The notes: generated by a model not told the origin, from the letters alone. A DNA stretch of 64,000 bases from an uncultured Lachnospiraceae bacterium (GCA_947175035.1 CAMWLG010000001.1:26982-90981); one strand, 5' to 3'. Positions 20,874-32,430 are shown, counted from the first letter of the stretch. A program made the numbers and translations.

Positions 20874-22022
20874 TTGTTATTGCAGGAAGATTTCCGGAAA
20901 GGGTGCGGACAAGTGGTCAAAAGAAAATATGTTCCCATACGGATAGCTCAGCCGGGCATGATAATCGATCAGGCAATCATTGACCGCGCAGGTCGTGTAT
21001 TGATTGCCCGCCGCACACCGTTGGAGGATTTCCATATTGATGCGCTGAAGAAAATGGGTGTGGGCGGCGTCTATATCAGAGAGGGCGAGGAGGACGAGGT
21101 GAAGGAGAATCCTGACCAGCCCGTCAAAGTGCCCGAAGCAGTCCAGAAGAAATATGATAAGATTAAGGTGGAGGATCCGGCAAAGGTCAAGATTTCTGAG
21201 AGTGTCAGGAACCGTGTTGCCCAAGGCATCCAATATCTCTATCAGGACACTCAGTCTCCTGACTTTACCAATGCGTCCCGCAGCATCACGGACGATTTGA
21301 TGAAGGCGATCTCGGACAACGAGGCGGTGGCGGTGGATATCAGCGCCCTGAAGGTCAGCGACGAGTATACCTTCAAGCACAGCGTGGATGTGGCGACCAT
21401 GTCCATGGTTGTCGCGCGCAAGTACGGTTTGACGGATAAGCAGGTGTATGATATAGGCATCACCGGATTGTTGCATGATATCGGGAAGTCGAAGATTCCC
21501 AACGAGGTGTTGAATAAGGCAGGAAAGCTGACAGACGAGGAGTTTGAGATCATGAGACAGCATTCCGTGTTCGGTTACCGTATCCTGGAGGACAAAGAGG
21601 ATATTTCCCAGGAGATTAAGCTGGGCGTGCTCCAACATCATGAAAAGACCAACGGCAGAGGCTATCCTATGAAGGTGGAGGGAGATAAGATCACCCTCTT
21701 TGCAAGGATTATCTCCGTTTCGGACATCTATGACGCGTTGGTGACAGAGCGTCCATATAAGAAGCCCTTCTCCCCCAGAGATGCCGTGGAGATGATCATG
21801 TCTATGACGGGAGAGTTGGATCTCAAGGTGATGCAATGCTTTATGGAGAGCGTGATCCTCTATCCTGTGGGGACGGACGTGGCGCTGAGCAATGGCGAGA
21901 CGGCCCGCGTGGTGGAGAATGCGAGTCATACGGTTCTTCGGCCCAAGGTCATGGGGCTGAGTACCGGAAAGGTGTACGATCTTGCCAATGACGTCAATTG
22001 TGCAAATATTATTATATTATAG
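20874..22022 (+). CDS. HD-GYP cyclic-dinucleotide phosphodiesterase
   Basis: HSVDV, LLHDIGK, HHEKTNGRGYP, SDIYDAL...RPYK. The start may be the GTG at 20913. Confidence 0.9.
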   Translation: MLLQEDFRKGCGQVVKRKYVPIRIAQPGMIIDQAIIDRAGRVLIARRTPLEDFHIDALKKMGVGGVYIREGEEDEVKENPDQPVKVPEAVQKKYDKIKVEDPAKVKISESVRNRVAQGIQYLYQDTQSPDFTNASRSITDDLMKAISDNEAVAVDISALKVSDEYTFKHSVDVATMSMVVARKYGLTDKQVYDIGITGLLHDIGKSKIPNEVLNKAGKLTDEEFEIMRQHSVFGYRILEDKEDISQEIKLGVLQHHEKTNGRGYPMKVEGDKITLFARIISVSDIYDALVTERPYKKPFSPRDAVEMIMSMTGELDLKVMQCFMESVILYPVGTDVALSNGETARVVENASHTVLRPKVMGLSTGKVYDLANDVNCANIIIL

Positions 22023-22197
22023 TTAAGAATATTATTGAGCAAGAGGGGCTGCCGCTTCACGATTTTTCATCGTTAAAGCGACGGCCCCTTGTTGTAGGCC
22101 TTCATAGGAAGAATCAAGGAATATGTCTGTCCTCATACACCTGTAGAAATTTGTCGCATATATTGTAATAAACAGGTATTTTGTCGGAGGACAGATT

Positions 22198-23121
22198 ATG
22201 GGATTTAAATATATTGTGTTGATTCTGTTGGGCATCCTGCTTCTTTTCGTGTTAATCCCATTGCTCCTGTTACTTGTGCGCAGGAAAAGGAGTAAAAGAA
22301 AAATTTGCGGGATGACCATGCAGGAGAAGGTTTGTAAGTTAAATGAACTGGCAGAACCCTTCGGGTTCATGTATATGCCGGAGCAGGATATTTTTATCAG
22401 CTGCAGGGATGCATGGCAGCGGGAGATGGGATACGAGACCTTGTTCGATCGGGCGGCGGTTGCGGCGCATATCGTGATTGACGCCCGCCCCGTGTACTTT
22501 GATTATGAGGGGAGGACTTGGCTGATTGAATTCTGGAAAGGTCAGTACGGGATAAACACGGGCGGCGAGGTAGGAGTCTATCATGCGGACACACTGGTCG
22601 CACCAGAAAAATACGAGGTGACTCATTTTGAGGCGGTAGATGATTTTGAGATGCCTTATATCAGGTGTCGACTGACGCGGGGGAGGGAGCTTCTCTATGA
22701 ATATGGAGATAAACATTGGTGGCTGACCGGATTTCGCGTGGGGATGTTTTCAAAGCCGAAGGACTTGACTCTCTATACCGCGATCAACTTTCCGTGTAGG
22801 GAAATGGCGGAGGCTTTTCTGAAGGGTTTGCAAAGGAGTGGGATGTATTGCCACTCTTATAGGATCTGCGGCAACAAGGTATGTGTGGATATGGTGAGGG
22901 GCGTGAAGGTCTCATGGTTTGAACGGATATGCAGGGTATGGGCACAGTGCTGTAACCGGCTCTCAGCAACGGCATACTGTATCATAACAAAACCTTTTCA
23001 AGACACGGCGGACAGGATGCTGTTCTTGTATTATCAGCTTCCATGGTGCTTTAGGAAAATGCTTTCCGCCAATAGAAAACGTTATCGCAGGTGCAGGAGG
23101 AAGAGATGTGGGATGTCATGA
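22198..23121 (+). CDS. DUF4474-like domain protein
   Basis: N-terminal TM, then DAWQREMGY...YFDYEGRTWLIEFWKGQYGINTGGEVGVY. Confidence 0.7.
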   Translation: MGFKYIVLILLGILLLFVLIPLLLLLVRRKRSKRKICGMTMQEKVCKLNELAEPFGFMYMPEQDIFISCRDAWQREMGYETLFDRAAVAAHIVIDARPVYFDYEGRTWLIEFWKGQYGINTGGEVGVYHADTLVAPEKYEVTHFEAVDDFEMPYIRCRLTRGRELLYEYGDKHWWLTGFRVGMFSKPKDLTLYTAINFPCREMAEAFLKGLQRSGMYCHSYRICGNKVCVDMVRGVKVSWFERICRVWAQCCNRLSATAYCIITKPFQDTADRMLFLYYQLPWCFRKMLSANRKRYRRCRRKRCGMS

Positions 23122-23905
23122 AAGAATTGACCGCGCGCTTGCTGGGGCGGTGCGGATACCGTTGAGCCATTGCAGCCGATATGTCCTGTTTAGTGATTGT
23201 CATCGCGGTCAGGGGACGTCAAATGATAATTTCCTCAAAAACCAACATTTATATAAGGCTGCTTTGGATTACTATCTGAGGAATTGTTTCTTTTATTTGG
23301 AGCTGGGGGACGGAGAGGAATTGTGGGAAAACCGCCGTGTCAGGCGGATTGAGAACTACTATGAAGAGGTTTATGGGCTGTTGTCCCGCTTTGAGATGCA
23401 AAGGCGATATATCAGGATCTATGGCAATCATGATATGGAACTGAGAGATGAGCTGCCGGAGGCAGTGATATTGAACAACAGAGAGGGAGGAAGGGATGTC
23501 TGCATGATACACGGGCATCAGGCGGATTACTTCAATTCCGTGTGTTGGCGCCTGTCGCGATTCCTGGTTCGCTACTTTTGGAAGCCGCTGGAGGGATTCG
23601 GGGTCAATGACCCGACCAGTGCGGCGAGGAACAATAAGAAGACAAAAAAGTATGAGAGGTGTATGGCCTCATGGACTGTAAAGAACGATGCCTATCTGGT
23701 GGCAGGTCATTCTCACCGCCCAAGGCTTCCGCAGCCAGGGGATCGGTATCTGAATGCCGGAAGCTGTGTGCATCCGGGCGGAATCACCTGCATTGAGATA
23801 GAGAATATGAATTTTACACTGGTAAGATGGGCGGTCCAGACGAGACATGATATGCTCCTGTATGTGGAGAGAGAGGTGCTTGCGGGACCGGTGGCAATTG
23901 AATAG
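23108..23905 (+). CDS. Calcineurin-like metallophosphoesterase
   Basis: SDCH, GDGEELWE, GNHD, HGH, GHSH. Confidence 0.85.
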   Translation: MGCHERIDRALAGAVRIPLSHCSRYVLFSDCHRGQGTSNDNFLKNQHLYKAALDYYLRNCFFYLELGDGEELWENRRVRRIENYYEEVYGLLSRFEMQRRYIRIYGNHDMELRDELPEAVILNNREGGRDVCMIHGHQADYFNSVCWRLSRFLVRYFWKPLEGFGVNDPTSAARNNKKTKKYERCMASWTVKNDAYLVAGHSHRPRLPQPGDRYLNAGSCVHPGGITCIEIENMNFTLVRWAVQTRHDMLLYVEREVLAGPVAIE

Positions 23906-23907
23906 GG

Positions 23908-25035
23908 TCAAGTGATTCCAGAGCGGACGGTGATACCGTTTACTTCGATGTTGCCGTCCAGCTCGATGACCAGACATTCTCTGCCGTCAATCTTGCGAGT
24001 GCCGATTAAATCTGTGCGGTCGGGGCTTACCTTGATGACCACGTCCGGCGTTTTCACGTCAAAGGAGCGGGCGTTGAACACATTGGTGGCATAGAGGGCG
24101 GTATCCTCCCCCGCTGCCTCGTAGATCCGGTCAAACTCCGCCAGCTTCTCGTTGGCGACACCGCTGCCGGCAAGCAGGGTTTTCACCTCGTTTTTGTCCA
24201 GAACAAGGGGGGCGGGTTCCTCCTTGTGCTCCTCCACCATCTCCTGAAGTTTCTCGTGTATATTTTTCACCATTTCCAGCTCGCAGGTCTCGCCCAAGGT
24301 CTCTTCGATCAGTGTTTGAAAGGTCTCTTTCTGAGCGCCGGCGGACATGGGGGTCGGACAGCCCAAAAGCTGTTCCATGAAGTTTTCTTTTAACTCTTCG
24401 GCATCCTTGGAATAGTACAGGGCGCTGTGGATATCCGCGCCGCGGTCGTTAAAGGCGGGAAAGAGGAATCCGGTTTCCGGCATCCCCACCACCCAGTCCC
24501 GCACACGGTTCTGAAAGACATTCTCCTCAGCGTTGTAGGAGAGCCCTGGCTTGGACAAGTCAACGGGGCAGATGCAGCAGAGTATGTATTCGTAGACTTC
24601 GTCAGAGGCGTCCTCCATATCCAGTCCGTCCAAGGTCTTGCCGGGAACGTCATAGACATCATGCACCAGCAGAATCAGATAATTGCCCACGTACTCATAG
24701 GTCTCAATGATTTTGTCATAGAGAGCCTCTAAGAGAACCTCGTCCTTTAATTTGCTGTCCCGCAGGCGGAGCATGAATTCCTGGGTGCCGCCGCTTGCCT
24801 CGGATTGCAGAGGAAACTCAAGGTTTAACAGGTTCTTGCCTAAGGTTCCAGTGAGACATTTGCGAAAAATCTCGAAATATTTGAACATCTCCTCCTCGGG
24901 CAGAGCGAGGAATGCCTGCCGGAAGTCTGTTTTTTTATTTTTTTCGCCATCCACGTAGCAGCCGCAGATGCGTGTGATGGAGCAGTTCTTGATGGTAAAA
25001 AGCTTTTTCAGTTCATTGATTTCCTGTTTTGTCAT
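23908..25035 (-). CDS. DUF4317-like family protein
   Basis: ITRICGCYVDGEK, YLILLVHDVYDVPGK, GFLFPAF: a conserved clostridial family recognised from memory. Confidence 0.75.
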   Translation of the reverse strand: MTKQEINELKKLFTIKNCSITRICGCYVDGEKNKKTDFRQAFLALPEEEMFKYFEIFRKCLTGTLGKNLLNLEFPLQSEASGGTQEFMLRLRDSKLKDEVLLEALYDKIIETYEYVGNYLILLVHDVYDVPGKTLDGLDMEDASDEVYEYILCCICPVDLSKPGLSYNAEENVFQNRVRDWVVGMPETGFLFPAFNDRGADIHSALYYSKDAEELKENFMEQLLGCPTPMSAGAQKETFQTLIEETLGETCELEMVKNIHEKLQEMVEEHKEEPAPLVLDKNEVKTLLAGSGVANEKLAEFDRIYEAAGEDTALYATNVFNARSFDVKTPDVVIKVSPDRTDLIGTRKIDGRECLVIELDGNIEVNGITVRSGIT

Positions 25036-25277
25036 ATTGTCTTTTCCTTCCGGTATTGCTTGTGATTATTGATAGTATACACCAAATTTTTCTTCTGGGC
25101 AATGATGAGATTTTCTGTAGAGAAAGAGAAAATGCTGTGTAAATCAGGGGAATGGTGTGAGAAAAATGTGGAATGCGGGCGGAACATGCGATGGGTTGGA
25201 GTTGATGTCAGAAAGCATCTCATTTTATAATGGGATGGAACAAATTATTGTTTTAATTTCAGACCGGAGGTAGTTTT

Positions 25278-25808
25278 ATGGAACAGTTGAATATCACTAC
25301 TGCAAAGGATAATGAAAAAGTATACAAAATTCTGGATAATCTGATGAACGCCAACAAGGAGTTTCAAATTATGATCACCGTGCCCTCAAACAGAAGCGGT
25401 AAGAGCGGCGCATCAGGTGAAACCGTGGCGGCGGAGATACCGAAGAAGGCAGTAGTGCGCGATCTGGAGCAGGATGTGACAGATATGATACATGAGATTG
25501 GCGTGCCGGCACATATCAAAGGTTATCAGTACCTTCGGGAGGCAATCATGATGTCCGTGGAGGATCCTACCATGATCAGCTCTATCACGAAGATTTTGTA
25601 TCCCACCATAGCAAAGCGTTTTCAGACCACACCCAGCCGTGTGGAGCGGGCGATCAGACATGCAATTGAGGTCGCGTGGAGCAGGGGGCGCATGGAGACT
25701 TTGGACGCGCTCTTTGGATACACGGTGGACACAGGCAAGGGAAAACCCACCAACTCGGAGTTTATTGCGTTGATTGCGGATCGTATCAGGCTTTCTTACA
25801 GAGATTAA
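25278..25808 (+). CDS. Spo0A C-terminal DNA-binding-domain protein without receiver domain
   Basis: [53 protein letters not shown]. Only about 55 aa of non-REC N-terminus. Confidence 0.85.
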   Translation: MEQLNITTAKDNEKVYKILDNLMNANKEFQIMITVPSNRSGKSGASGETVAAEIPKKAVVRDLEQDVTDMIHEIGVPAHIKGYQYLREAIMMSVEDPTMISSITKILYPTIAKRFQTTPSRVERAIRHAIEVAWSRGRMETLDALFGYTVDTGKGKPTNSEFIALIADRIRLSYRD

Positions 25809-25875
25809 AAAAAACTCTTTTCCAGTATGGGAAAATAGTGTATAATCTAATTATCATACGCGGGAGGGGTTTCAA

Positions 25876-27324
25876 ATGAAGAAAATTTTATTTGTGGCAT
25901 CAGAGGGTGTTCCTTTTATCAAGACGGGCGGTCTTGCAGATGTGGTGGGTTCTCTGCCCAAGTGTATCGACAAAAGGTATTTTGACGTGAGGGTGTTCCT
26001 GCCGAACTATTCTTGTATGAAGCAGGAGATGAAGGATAAGCTTCAATACATTACGCATTTCTATATGGACTACAATTGGCAGAATGTGTACGTGGGCATT
26101 ATGCAGGCAGAGGTGGACGGTGTTCTGTACTATTTTATTGATAATGAGAACTATTTTAGTGGATTCAAGCCTTACGGGGATGATCCCAGATGGGAGATCG
26201 AGAAGTACGCGTTTTTCTGTAAAGCGGTGCTGTCGGCGCTTCCCTTAGTGGATTTCAAACCGGATGTGATACATTGCCATGACTGGCAGACGGGTCTGAT
26301 TCCCGTGTATTTGAAGGAGCGGTTCCATGAAGGGGAATTTTTCAGGGGAATCAAGTCTGTCATCACGATTCACAATCTGAAATTCCAAGGGAAGTGGGAT
26401 CCCAAGACCGTGAGAAATATCACAGGGCTTCCCCAGCATTATTTTACGCCGGACAAATTGGAGGCGTATAAGGATGCCAATTTGTTAAAGGGCGGTATTG
26501 TGTTTGCGGATGCGGTGACGACAGTGAGCGATACCTATGCCGAGGAGATTAAGACTACATTTTACGGAGAGGGATTGGACGGGTTGCTTCGCGCCCGGAG
26601 CAAGGATTTGAGGGGGATTATCAACGGCATTGATTACGGTGAGTTTGACCCCGCGACGGACAAATATATTGTAAAGCAGTATGACGCTGTGAATTTCCGC
26701 AAGGAGAAAGTGAAGAACAAGCGTGCCCTGCAGGAAGAGCTTGGACTGATGCAGGATGACCGTAAGATGATGATTGGGTTGGTGTCCCGTCTGACGGATC
26801 AGAAGGGATTGGATCTGATCGCCTATGTGATGGATGAACTTTGTCAGGATGATGTTCAGCTGGTGGTGCTTGGCACCGGCGAGGAGCGTTATGAGAATAT
26901 GTTCCGTCATTTTGATTGGAAGTATGGCAACAAGGTGTCCGCCAACATCTATTATTCGGATGCTTTGTCTCACAAGATATATGCTTCCTGTGACGCATTC
27001 CTGATGCCGTCTCTGTTTGAGCCCTGTGGTCTGAGTCAGCTGATGGCTCTGCGGTATGGCACGGTGCCTATCGTGAGGGAGACAGGGGGACTTAAGGATA
27101 CCGTGCAGCCTTACAATGAATATGACGGGACGGGGACAGGATTCTCCTTTATAAATTATAATGCCCATGAGATGCTGAATACGATTCGTTATGCCGAGCG
27201 TATCTACTACGATAGAAAGCGCGAGTGGAACAAGATTGTTGACCGCGCTATGGCGGCGGATTTTTCATGGGGAGTGTCAGCCAGCAAATATCAGGAGATG
27301 TACGATTGGTTAATCGGGTACTAA
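25876..27324 (+). CDS. glgA: Glycogen synthase
   Basis: KTGGLADV, HCHDWQ, TIHNLKFQG, VSRLTDQKG, PSLFEPCGLSQ. Confidence 0.96.
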   Translation: MKKILFVASEGVPFIKTGGLADVVGSLPKCIDKRYFDVRVFLPNYSCMKQEMKDKLQYITHFYMDYNWQNVYVGIMQAEVDGVLYYFIDNENYFSGFKPYGDDPRWEIEKYAFFCKAVLSALPLVDFKPDVIHCHDWQTGLIPVYLKERFHEGEFFRGIKSVITIHNLKFQGKWDPKTVRNITGLPQHYFTPDKLEAYKDANLLKGGIVFADAVTTVSDTYAEEIKTTFYGEGLDGLLRARSKDLRGIINGIDYGEFDPATDKYIVKQYDAVNFRKEKVKNKRALQEELGLMQDDRKMMIGLVSRLTDQKGLDLIAYVMDELCQDDVQLVVLGTGEERYENMFRHFDWKYGNKVSANIYYSDALSHKIYASCDAFLMPSLFEPCGLSQLMALRYGTVPIVRETGGLKDTVQPYNEYDGTGTGFSFINYNAHEMLNTIRYAERIYYDRKREWNKIVDRAMAADFSWGVSASKYQEMYDWLIGY

Positions 27325-27330
27325 GGGAAA

Positions 27331-28992
27331 ATGTCAGATAGCAGGAAAGACAATGGATTTGTCCTGCAGGCAGGGATTCTTGCTGTGGCAGGTATTATAA
27401 GCAGAATTATAGGGCTCCTATATAGGAGCCCTTTAACTGCTGTCGTGGGAACCCTTGGCATGGGGTATTATCAAAAGGCGTATAATTATTACACCATTGT
27501 TCTTTTGATATCTTCCTACAGTATCCCCTCCGCAATTTCGAAGGTGATAGCCCAGAAGCTCGCGGTGAAGGAGTACCGCAACGCCCATAGGATTTTTTTG
27601 TGTGCCTTGGGATATGTGTTGGTGGTGGGAGGCGTCGCGAGTATGGTGCTGTTCTTCGGAGCGGGATTTTTTCTGGACAGTGAGACCGTGCCAGTACTTA
27701 GAACCTTTGCACCTACCATCTTTATCTATGGGATTCTCGGTGTATTAAGAGGATATTTTCAGGCGCACAGGAGTATGGTGCAGACTTCCGTGTCCCAGAT
27801 CTTGGAGCAGATCGTCAATGCAGCGGTGAGTGTCGGGGCAGCATGGCTGCTGATTCAGCATTTTATGGGGACTTTGGAGATGCCGGCTGGCGAGACGGAG
27901 CGGGTGAGCAGAGCCACCTATGGCGCGATCGGGAGCGCTCTGGGAACGGGAGCCGGGGTGGCTGTGGCGATGGTGTTTATGCTGGGTATTTATGCCCTGA
28001 ACCGCCGGATGATTCATCGGAGAATTCAACATGACAAGCATACAAATATGGAATCTTATGGGGAGATTGTCAAGACGATCACTATGGTGGTGACCCCTTT
28101 TATATTGAGCACCGCGGTCTATAATCTGAGTGACGTCATCAATTCCACGCTCTATACCGAGGTTCTTCCAGATTTAAAAGAGGTTGACAGTATCTTTTAT
28201 GTGGATAATTATGGAGTGTTCTCAAGTCTTGCGCAGACCATATCCAAGATTCCCATCGCCTTTGCAACTGCTATGGCGGCGGCGATGATTCCCACGGTAA
28301 CAGCCTCTATCGCCGCCAGGCGGTTCGATGAGACGAAAACCAAAATCGGTGTGGCGGTGAAGAGTACCATGGTGATCTCTATTCCCTCGGCGGTGGGTCT
28401 TTTCGTGTTGGCAAAGCCTGTGACAGCGCTGCTTTTCCCGTCCCAGTCGGATGAGACATTGACGTATGCGGGAATGCTCTTAATGTCCTTGGCGCTGTCG
28501 GTGGTATTCTATGCGTTGTCCACGCTCAACAGCAATGTGCTGCAGGGGTTGGGCAGGGTGAACGTGCCCATTGTGAATGCGGCGATTGCGTTGGCGGTGC
28601 AGACGGTGACCGTGTTCGTTCTGCTTCAGTATACAGCGCTGGATCTATATAGTCTGGCCATCGCAAACACCGTGTATTCCGGAATGATGTGTATTATGAA
28701 TCAATGGGCGGTGCGTAGAGCGGTGGGCTATAGACAGGAGTTGGTGAAGAGCTTTGGAATTCCTTTCCTGGCTTCGGCATTCATGGGATTGGCTGCATGG
28801 GCGGTGTACGAAGGGGTCTATTTGATGACCAAGTCCATGCGTGTGGCGGTGCTGCCTGCAATCGCGGTGGCGGTAGCGGTATATTTCGTGATGATGCTGG
28901 CGCTTCGGGGGCTTACAGAGGAGGAACTTCGGGGATTCCCCAAGGGATATTTGCTGGTTAAGATGGCGAAGAAGTGCAGGCTGCTTAGTTGA
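27331..28992 (+). CDS. SpoVB/MurJ-like polysaccharide flippase
   Basis: About 14 TM helices, RIIGLLYRSPL, LRGYFQ, SQILEQIV. Confidence 0.8.
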   Translation: MSDSRKDNGFVLQAGILAVAGIISRIIGLLYRSPLTAVVGTLGMGYYQKAYNYYTIVLLISSYSIPSAISKVIAQKLAVKEYRNAHRIFLCALGYVLVVGGVASMVLFFGAGFFLDSETVPVLRTFAPTIFIYGILGVLRGYFQAHRSMVQTSVSQILEQIVNAAVSVGAAWLLIQHFMGTLEMPAGETERVSRATYGAIGSALGTGAGVAVAMVFMLGIYALNRRMIHRRIQHDKHTNMESYGEIVKTITMVVTPFILSTAVYNLSDVINSTLYTEVLPDLKEVDSIFYVDNYGVFSSLAQTISKIPIAFATAMAAAMIPTVTASIAARRFDETKTKIGVAVKSTMVISIPSAVGLFVLAKPVTALLFPSQSDETLTYAGMLLMSLALSVVFYALSTLNSNVLQGLGRVNVPIVNAAIALAVQTVTVFVLLQYTALDLYSLAIANTVYSGMMCIMNQWAVRRAVGYRQELVKSFGIPFLASAFMGLAAWAVYEGVYLMTKSMRVAVLPAIAVAVAVYFVMMLALRGLTEEELRGFPKGYLLVKMAKKCRLLS

Positions 28993-29050
28993 TATGTTGG
29001 AATTGTAGATGATAAATATGCCGATATAGCTGATAATAGTTTGATTTTTA

Positions 29051-29098
29051 AAAAGGTTAGTTCACCACCTGCATCAACGAGCGGTGAACTAACCTTTT
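29051..29098. terminator. Bidirectional terminator
   Basis: AAAAGGTTAGTTCACC...GGTGAACTAACCTTTT, a perfect 16-bp inverted repeat. Confidence 0.85.
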
Positions 29099-29105
29099 CT
29101 TTAGT

Positions 29106-30464
29106 TTAAATCACTTTGAATCTTGCAATTTCCTTTTTCAACGCATTCGACACATCATCATTCACAGAGGTATAGTCCTGTATCTGGGACATATTGGAGG
29201 CCAAGCCGCTAATGGTATCGGAAAGCTGTGCGGTTCGGCTGCTCTGTTCCTCGATCACGCTGGAAATCTTGTTGAGGCTGATATCCACCTCCCGCGCCGA
29301 ATTTGCCAAAAAGATGGATTTATTATTGAAATTGGTCATCATTTCTTCCATGGTGTCCGCATCCTTAAAATAATCCTTGGAACTGTCAACAAATTGGTCA
29401 TAATCATTTAAAACTTCATTGATGACATAGTCAAGCAATTTCTCTGAGGCGGCAGCTAAACTCTCCACGGAAGCGGTCACTTCGTTGCTGATTTGCTGGA
29501 TGCTGTTGGCGGTGTTCCGGCTGTTTTCCGCGAGCGCCCTGATCTCGTCTGCAACGACAGCAAAACCTTTGCCCGCCTCACCTGCTCTTGCCGCCTCGAT
29601 AGAAGCGTTTAACGCAAGAAGATTTGTTTGACTTGCGATAGAGAGGATTTCCCCTGTCAGGTCAGCAATGGCATTGACAGTCTTACTGTCTCTGACGGAG
29701 GATTTTAAATCTGCCTCCAATGTGGTGGTAATGTTTTGTGCCTTCTCTTTGCTGGAACCGGCTATGTCCCTGATGTGATCCGCCCTGGCCTTCATCTGGG
29801 TGGTATAGTCCTTGCCGGAGATCGCTTCTGCTGAGATATCTTTGCTGTTTTGATTCAATACCCGCATATCGGAAGCAATATTCGTAATCCGATTGGCAAT
29901 TTCCTGCATCTCCACACACAGGTTCTGTGTTTCGGCGGAAACTTTTCCCGTGTCGCTTGTGGATTCTGAGACGCTGCTAAGTATGCTTTGCGCGGAATCA
30001 TCCAGAGAGACGGAATGATTCTTGATATGTCGCATGGTTTCCTGAAGCTTTTCCAAAAAAAGATTAATGGCAAAGGCAAGTTTCCCAATCTCGTCAACCT
30101 TGTTGGTGGATATCCGATCGCCCAAATCTCCCTCGCCGCTCTTTAGTTTTGTGATCAAAACATCAAGCTGGTGATTAATTTTGTGTAGTGGATATACAAT
30201 GCACAAATAGGAAATGATAATGGTGACAATGACCATTAAAAGCTGTAATGCCGATATGATTCCATTGGCGGAAAGTCCTGATGTAATCTCATCTGACATG
30301 CTCAGCATTGTGGCTGCCGCCGCCGTGTCCGCTGTTGTCGCCGCTGTTTGCAGTTCACTTCTGATTCGCTGAAGCCTGGATGTGCTGCTGACATTTACGG
30401 CAATGGTCAAAATAAAGATAATGATTAATGGCAGCATAAGCTTTGATGTGATGTGTTTACGCAT
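29106..30464 (-). CDS. Methyl-accepting chemotaxis protein
   Basis: Two TM helices, [41 protein letters not shown] at 30464 follows AGGGGG. Confidence 0.92.
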   Translation of the reverse strand: MRKHITSKLMLPLIIIFILTIAVNVSSTSRLQRIRSELQTAATTADTAAAATMLSMSDEITSGLSANGIISALQLLMVIVTIIISYLCIVYPLHKINHQLDVLITKLKSGEGDLGDRISTNKVDEIGKLAFAINLFLEKLQETMRHIKNHSVSLDDSAQSILSSVSESTSDTGKVSAETQNLCVEMQEIANRITNIASDMRVLNQNSKDISAEAISGKDYTTQMKARADHIRDIAGSSKEKAQNITTTLEADLKSSVRDSKTVNAIADLTGEILSIASQTNLLALNASIEAARAGEAGKGFAVVADEIRALAENSRNTANSIQQISNEVTASVESLAAASEKLLDYVINEVLNDYDQFVDSSKDYFKDADTMEEMMTNFNNKSIFLANSAREVDISLNKISSVIEEQSSRTAQLSDTISGLASNMSQIQDYTSVNDDVSNALKKEIARFKVI

Positions 30465-30627
30465 AAAAACCCCCTTGCTATAAATCTTTTTCTTGATTGC
30501 CGCAGCTGGGCTGTTCCCCGCTGGCGACAAGAATATTATAGCACATTATACCGCCATATTGTAGTATGTTTTAAAGAATTTGAAGATTTTTAGTAGAATT
30601 AAGGTTACTTTTTACGGTGTAACAAAT

Positions 30628-32430
30628 TTAAGCCTCCACCAGATGTATCCCCTCGATATCCCCAGACGCCATCATTGAAAAATTCGTGTAATAGACCACA
30701 AATCCGGGTTTGGCGCCGCTTGGCTTTTTCACGTGCTTTTTCTGGATATAGTCGATCTCCACTTTGTCTGCGCCGCGCCCCTTGGAATAGTAGGCGGCGA
30801 GTTTTGCGGCCTCCTCAAAGGTGCGGTCGGGAAGTTCTTCTATGCCCTCCGATTTTACGACCACATGGGAGCCGGGCATGCCCTTGGCATGGAACCACCA
30901 GTCGTTTCCGGTGGCAAATTGGAAGGTCAGCTCGTCGTTCTGGTAATTATTTTTGCCCACATACATATGAAAACCGTCGCTGCTAAGGTAATGGAAGGGC
31001 TTGCTGGTAATCTTGGCTTTCTTGGGGGCACCCTTTTTGCCGCTTCCCTGTCGGCCCAAATCCCTGCGACGGATATAGCCACTCTCTATCAGTTCCTCCT
31101 TGATTTCCACCAAATCCTCCTCCAACATGGCAATATCCAAGGCGGCGTTGATGGACTCTAAGTGGTCAATCTCCGCCTTTACCTCCTCCGTCAGTGCGGA
31201 GAGGGCTTCATAGGTGCGCTTTAATTTATTGTATTTCTCAAAATACCGTTTGGCATTGTCTGTGGCGGAGAGTGTCTCGTCTAAGGGAATCGTGACAGGT
31301 TCGTTGGTGTAATAATTTACAACTTCGATAGATTTGTCCCCAGGGTTCGCACTGTATCCGTAAGTGTTTAACAGTTCCCCGTAAATGCGGTATTTTTCCC
31401 TCTTTTCCGTGTCCTTCATCTGATGGAGCTGCAAATCGTATTTCTTGACATCACGCTCCAGAGCAGTCTGTACGATACGGCGAAGGTCTGCGGATTTCTG
31501 GCGGATGCGGGTGAGAGCGTTTTTCTCCGCATAATAAGTCTCCAAAAGAGCGGACATGGCGGGGAAACGGACACAATGCTCTGCTTTGTCCTGACGGCTG
31601 TCTGTAGTGCCGGATTCGTACATTGTCAGAGGAATCGCTGCAAATTCCACGGGCTGCTTGCCCTGATAGGCGATGCAGGGCTCGAATCCACCCCTTCGGA
31701 TGGTGTCTGCCAATTCTTCCAATACCAAATACAGCCGATGGAAGTCCGCCTCTGCGAATGCCGCGGTGGAAGCTTCCCCGTCCAGCCCTGCCCGAAAGCA
31801 CAATTCCTGCGCCAAGAGCGGGGAAATGCCGGTAAAACTCCCATAGACCGCCTTGAAGAGCGGCTGGGGCTTGGCGAATATGGTCTGGTAAAATGTTTGA
31901 TAGTCCGTGTTCAGCACGTCCAGCTTGTCTTGGGTCTGGGCAATGTGGTAGGTCTTGCCGGGCAGTACCTCCCGCACACTGCTGACCGCGGCGGAGACAC
32001 GCTTGATACTGTCAATGATACGGTTTTCCTCGTCACAGAAAATAATGTTGCTGTGCTTTCCCATGATCTCCACCACCAGCGTTTTGCGGCACAAATCCCC
32101 CATCTCGTCCAGATGTTCTATATCAATATGGATGATGCGCTCCAATCCCGGCTGGGAAATGCCCGTGATGCGCCCATTCTGTAGATGTTTCCGGAGCAGC
32201 ATACAGAAATTTGGAGCAGTCATGGGACTTGGTTTATTACTTTCCGTGAGGTAAATCAGCGGCAGGGATGCCCCAGCGGAGATGAAAAGGCGCTTTTGAC
32301 CATCCGATGTCTTGATGGTTAAGAGCAGCTCGTCCTCCTCGGGCTGGGCAATCTTGTAGATTCGCCCGCCCAGAAGTTCCTTTTTCAATTCCCACACTAC
32401 GTTTGCTATGGTTACACCGTCAAATGCCAT
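30628..32430 (-). CDS. rqcH: Rqc2/RqcH (NFACT, FbpA-like) ribosome quality-control protein
   Basis: MAFDG, FCMLLRKHL, EIMGKHSNII, VGKNNYQND, WFHAKGMPGSHV, VKKPSGAKPGFV. Confidence 0.92.
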   Translation of the reverse strand: MAFDGVTIANVVWELKKELLGGRIYKIAQPEEDELLLTIKTSDGQKRLFISAGASLPLIYLTESNKPSPMTAPNFCMLLRKHLQNGRITGISQPGLERIIHIDIEHLDEMGDLCRKTLVVEIMGKHSNIIFCDEENRIIDSIKRVSAAVSSVREVLPGKTYHIAQTQDKLDVLNTDYQTFYQTIFAKPQPLFKAVYGSFTGISPLLAQELCFRAGLDGEASTAAFAEADFHRLYLVLEELADTIRRGGFEPCIAYQGKQPVEFAAIPLTMYESGTTDSRQDKAEHCVRFPAMSALLETYYAEKNALTRIRQKSADLRRIVQTALERDVKKYDLQLHQMKDTEKREKYRIYGELLNTYGYSANPGDKSIEVVNYYTNEPVTIPLDETLSATDNAKRYFEKYNKLKRTYEALSALTEEVKAEIDHLESINAALDIAMLEEDLVEIKEELIESGYIRRRDLGRQGSGKKGAPKKAKITSKPFHYLSSDGFHMYVGKNNYQNDELTFQFATGNDWWFHAKGMPGSHVVVKSEGIEELPDRTFEEAAKLAAYYSKGRGADKVEIDYIQKKHVKKPSGAKPGFVVYYTNFSMMASGDIEGIHLVEA

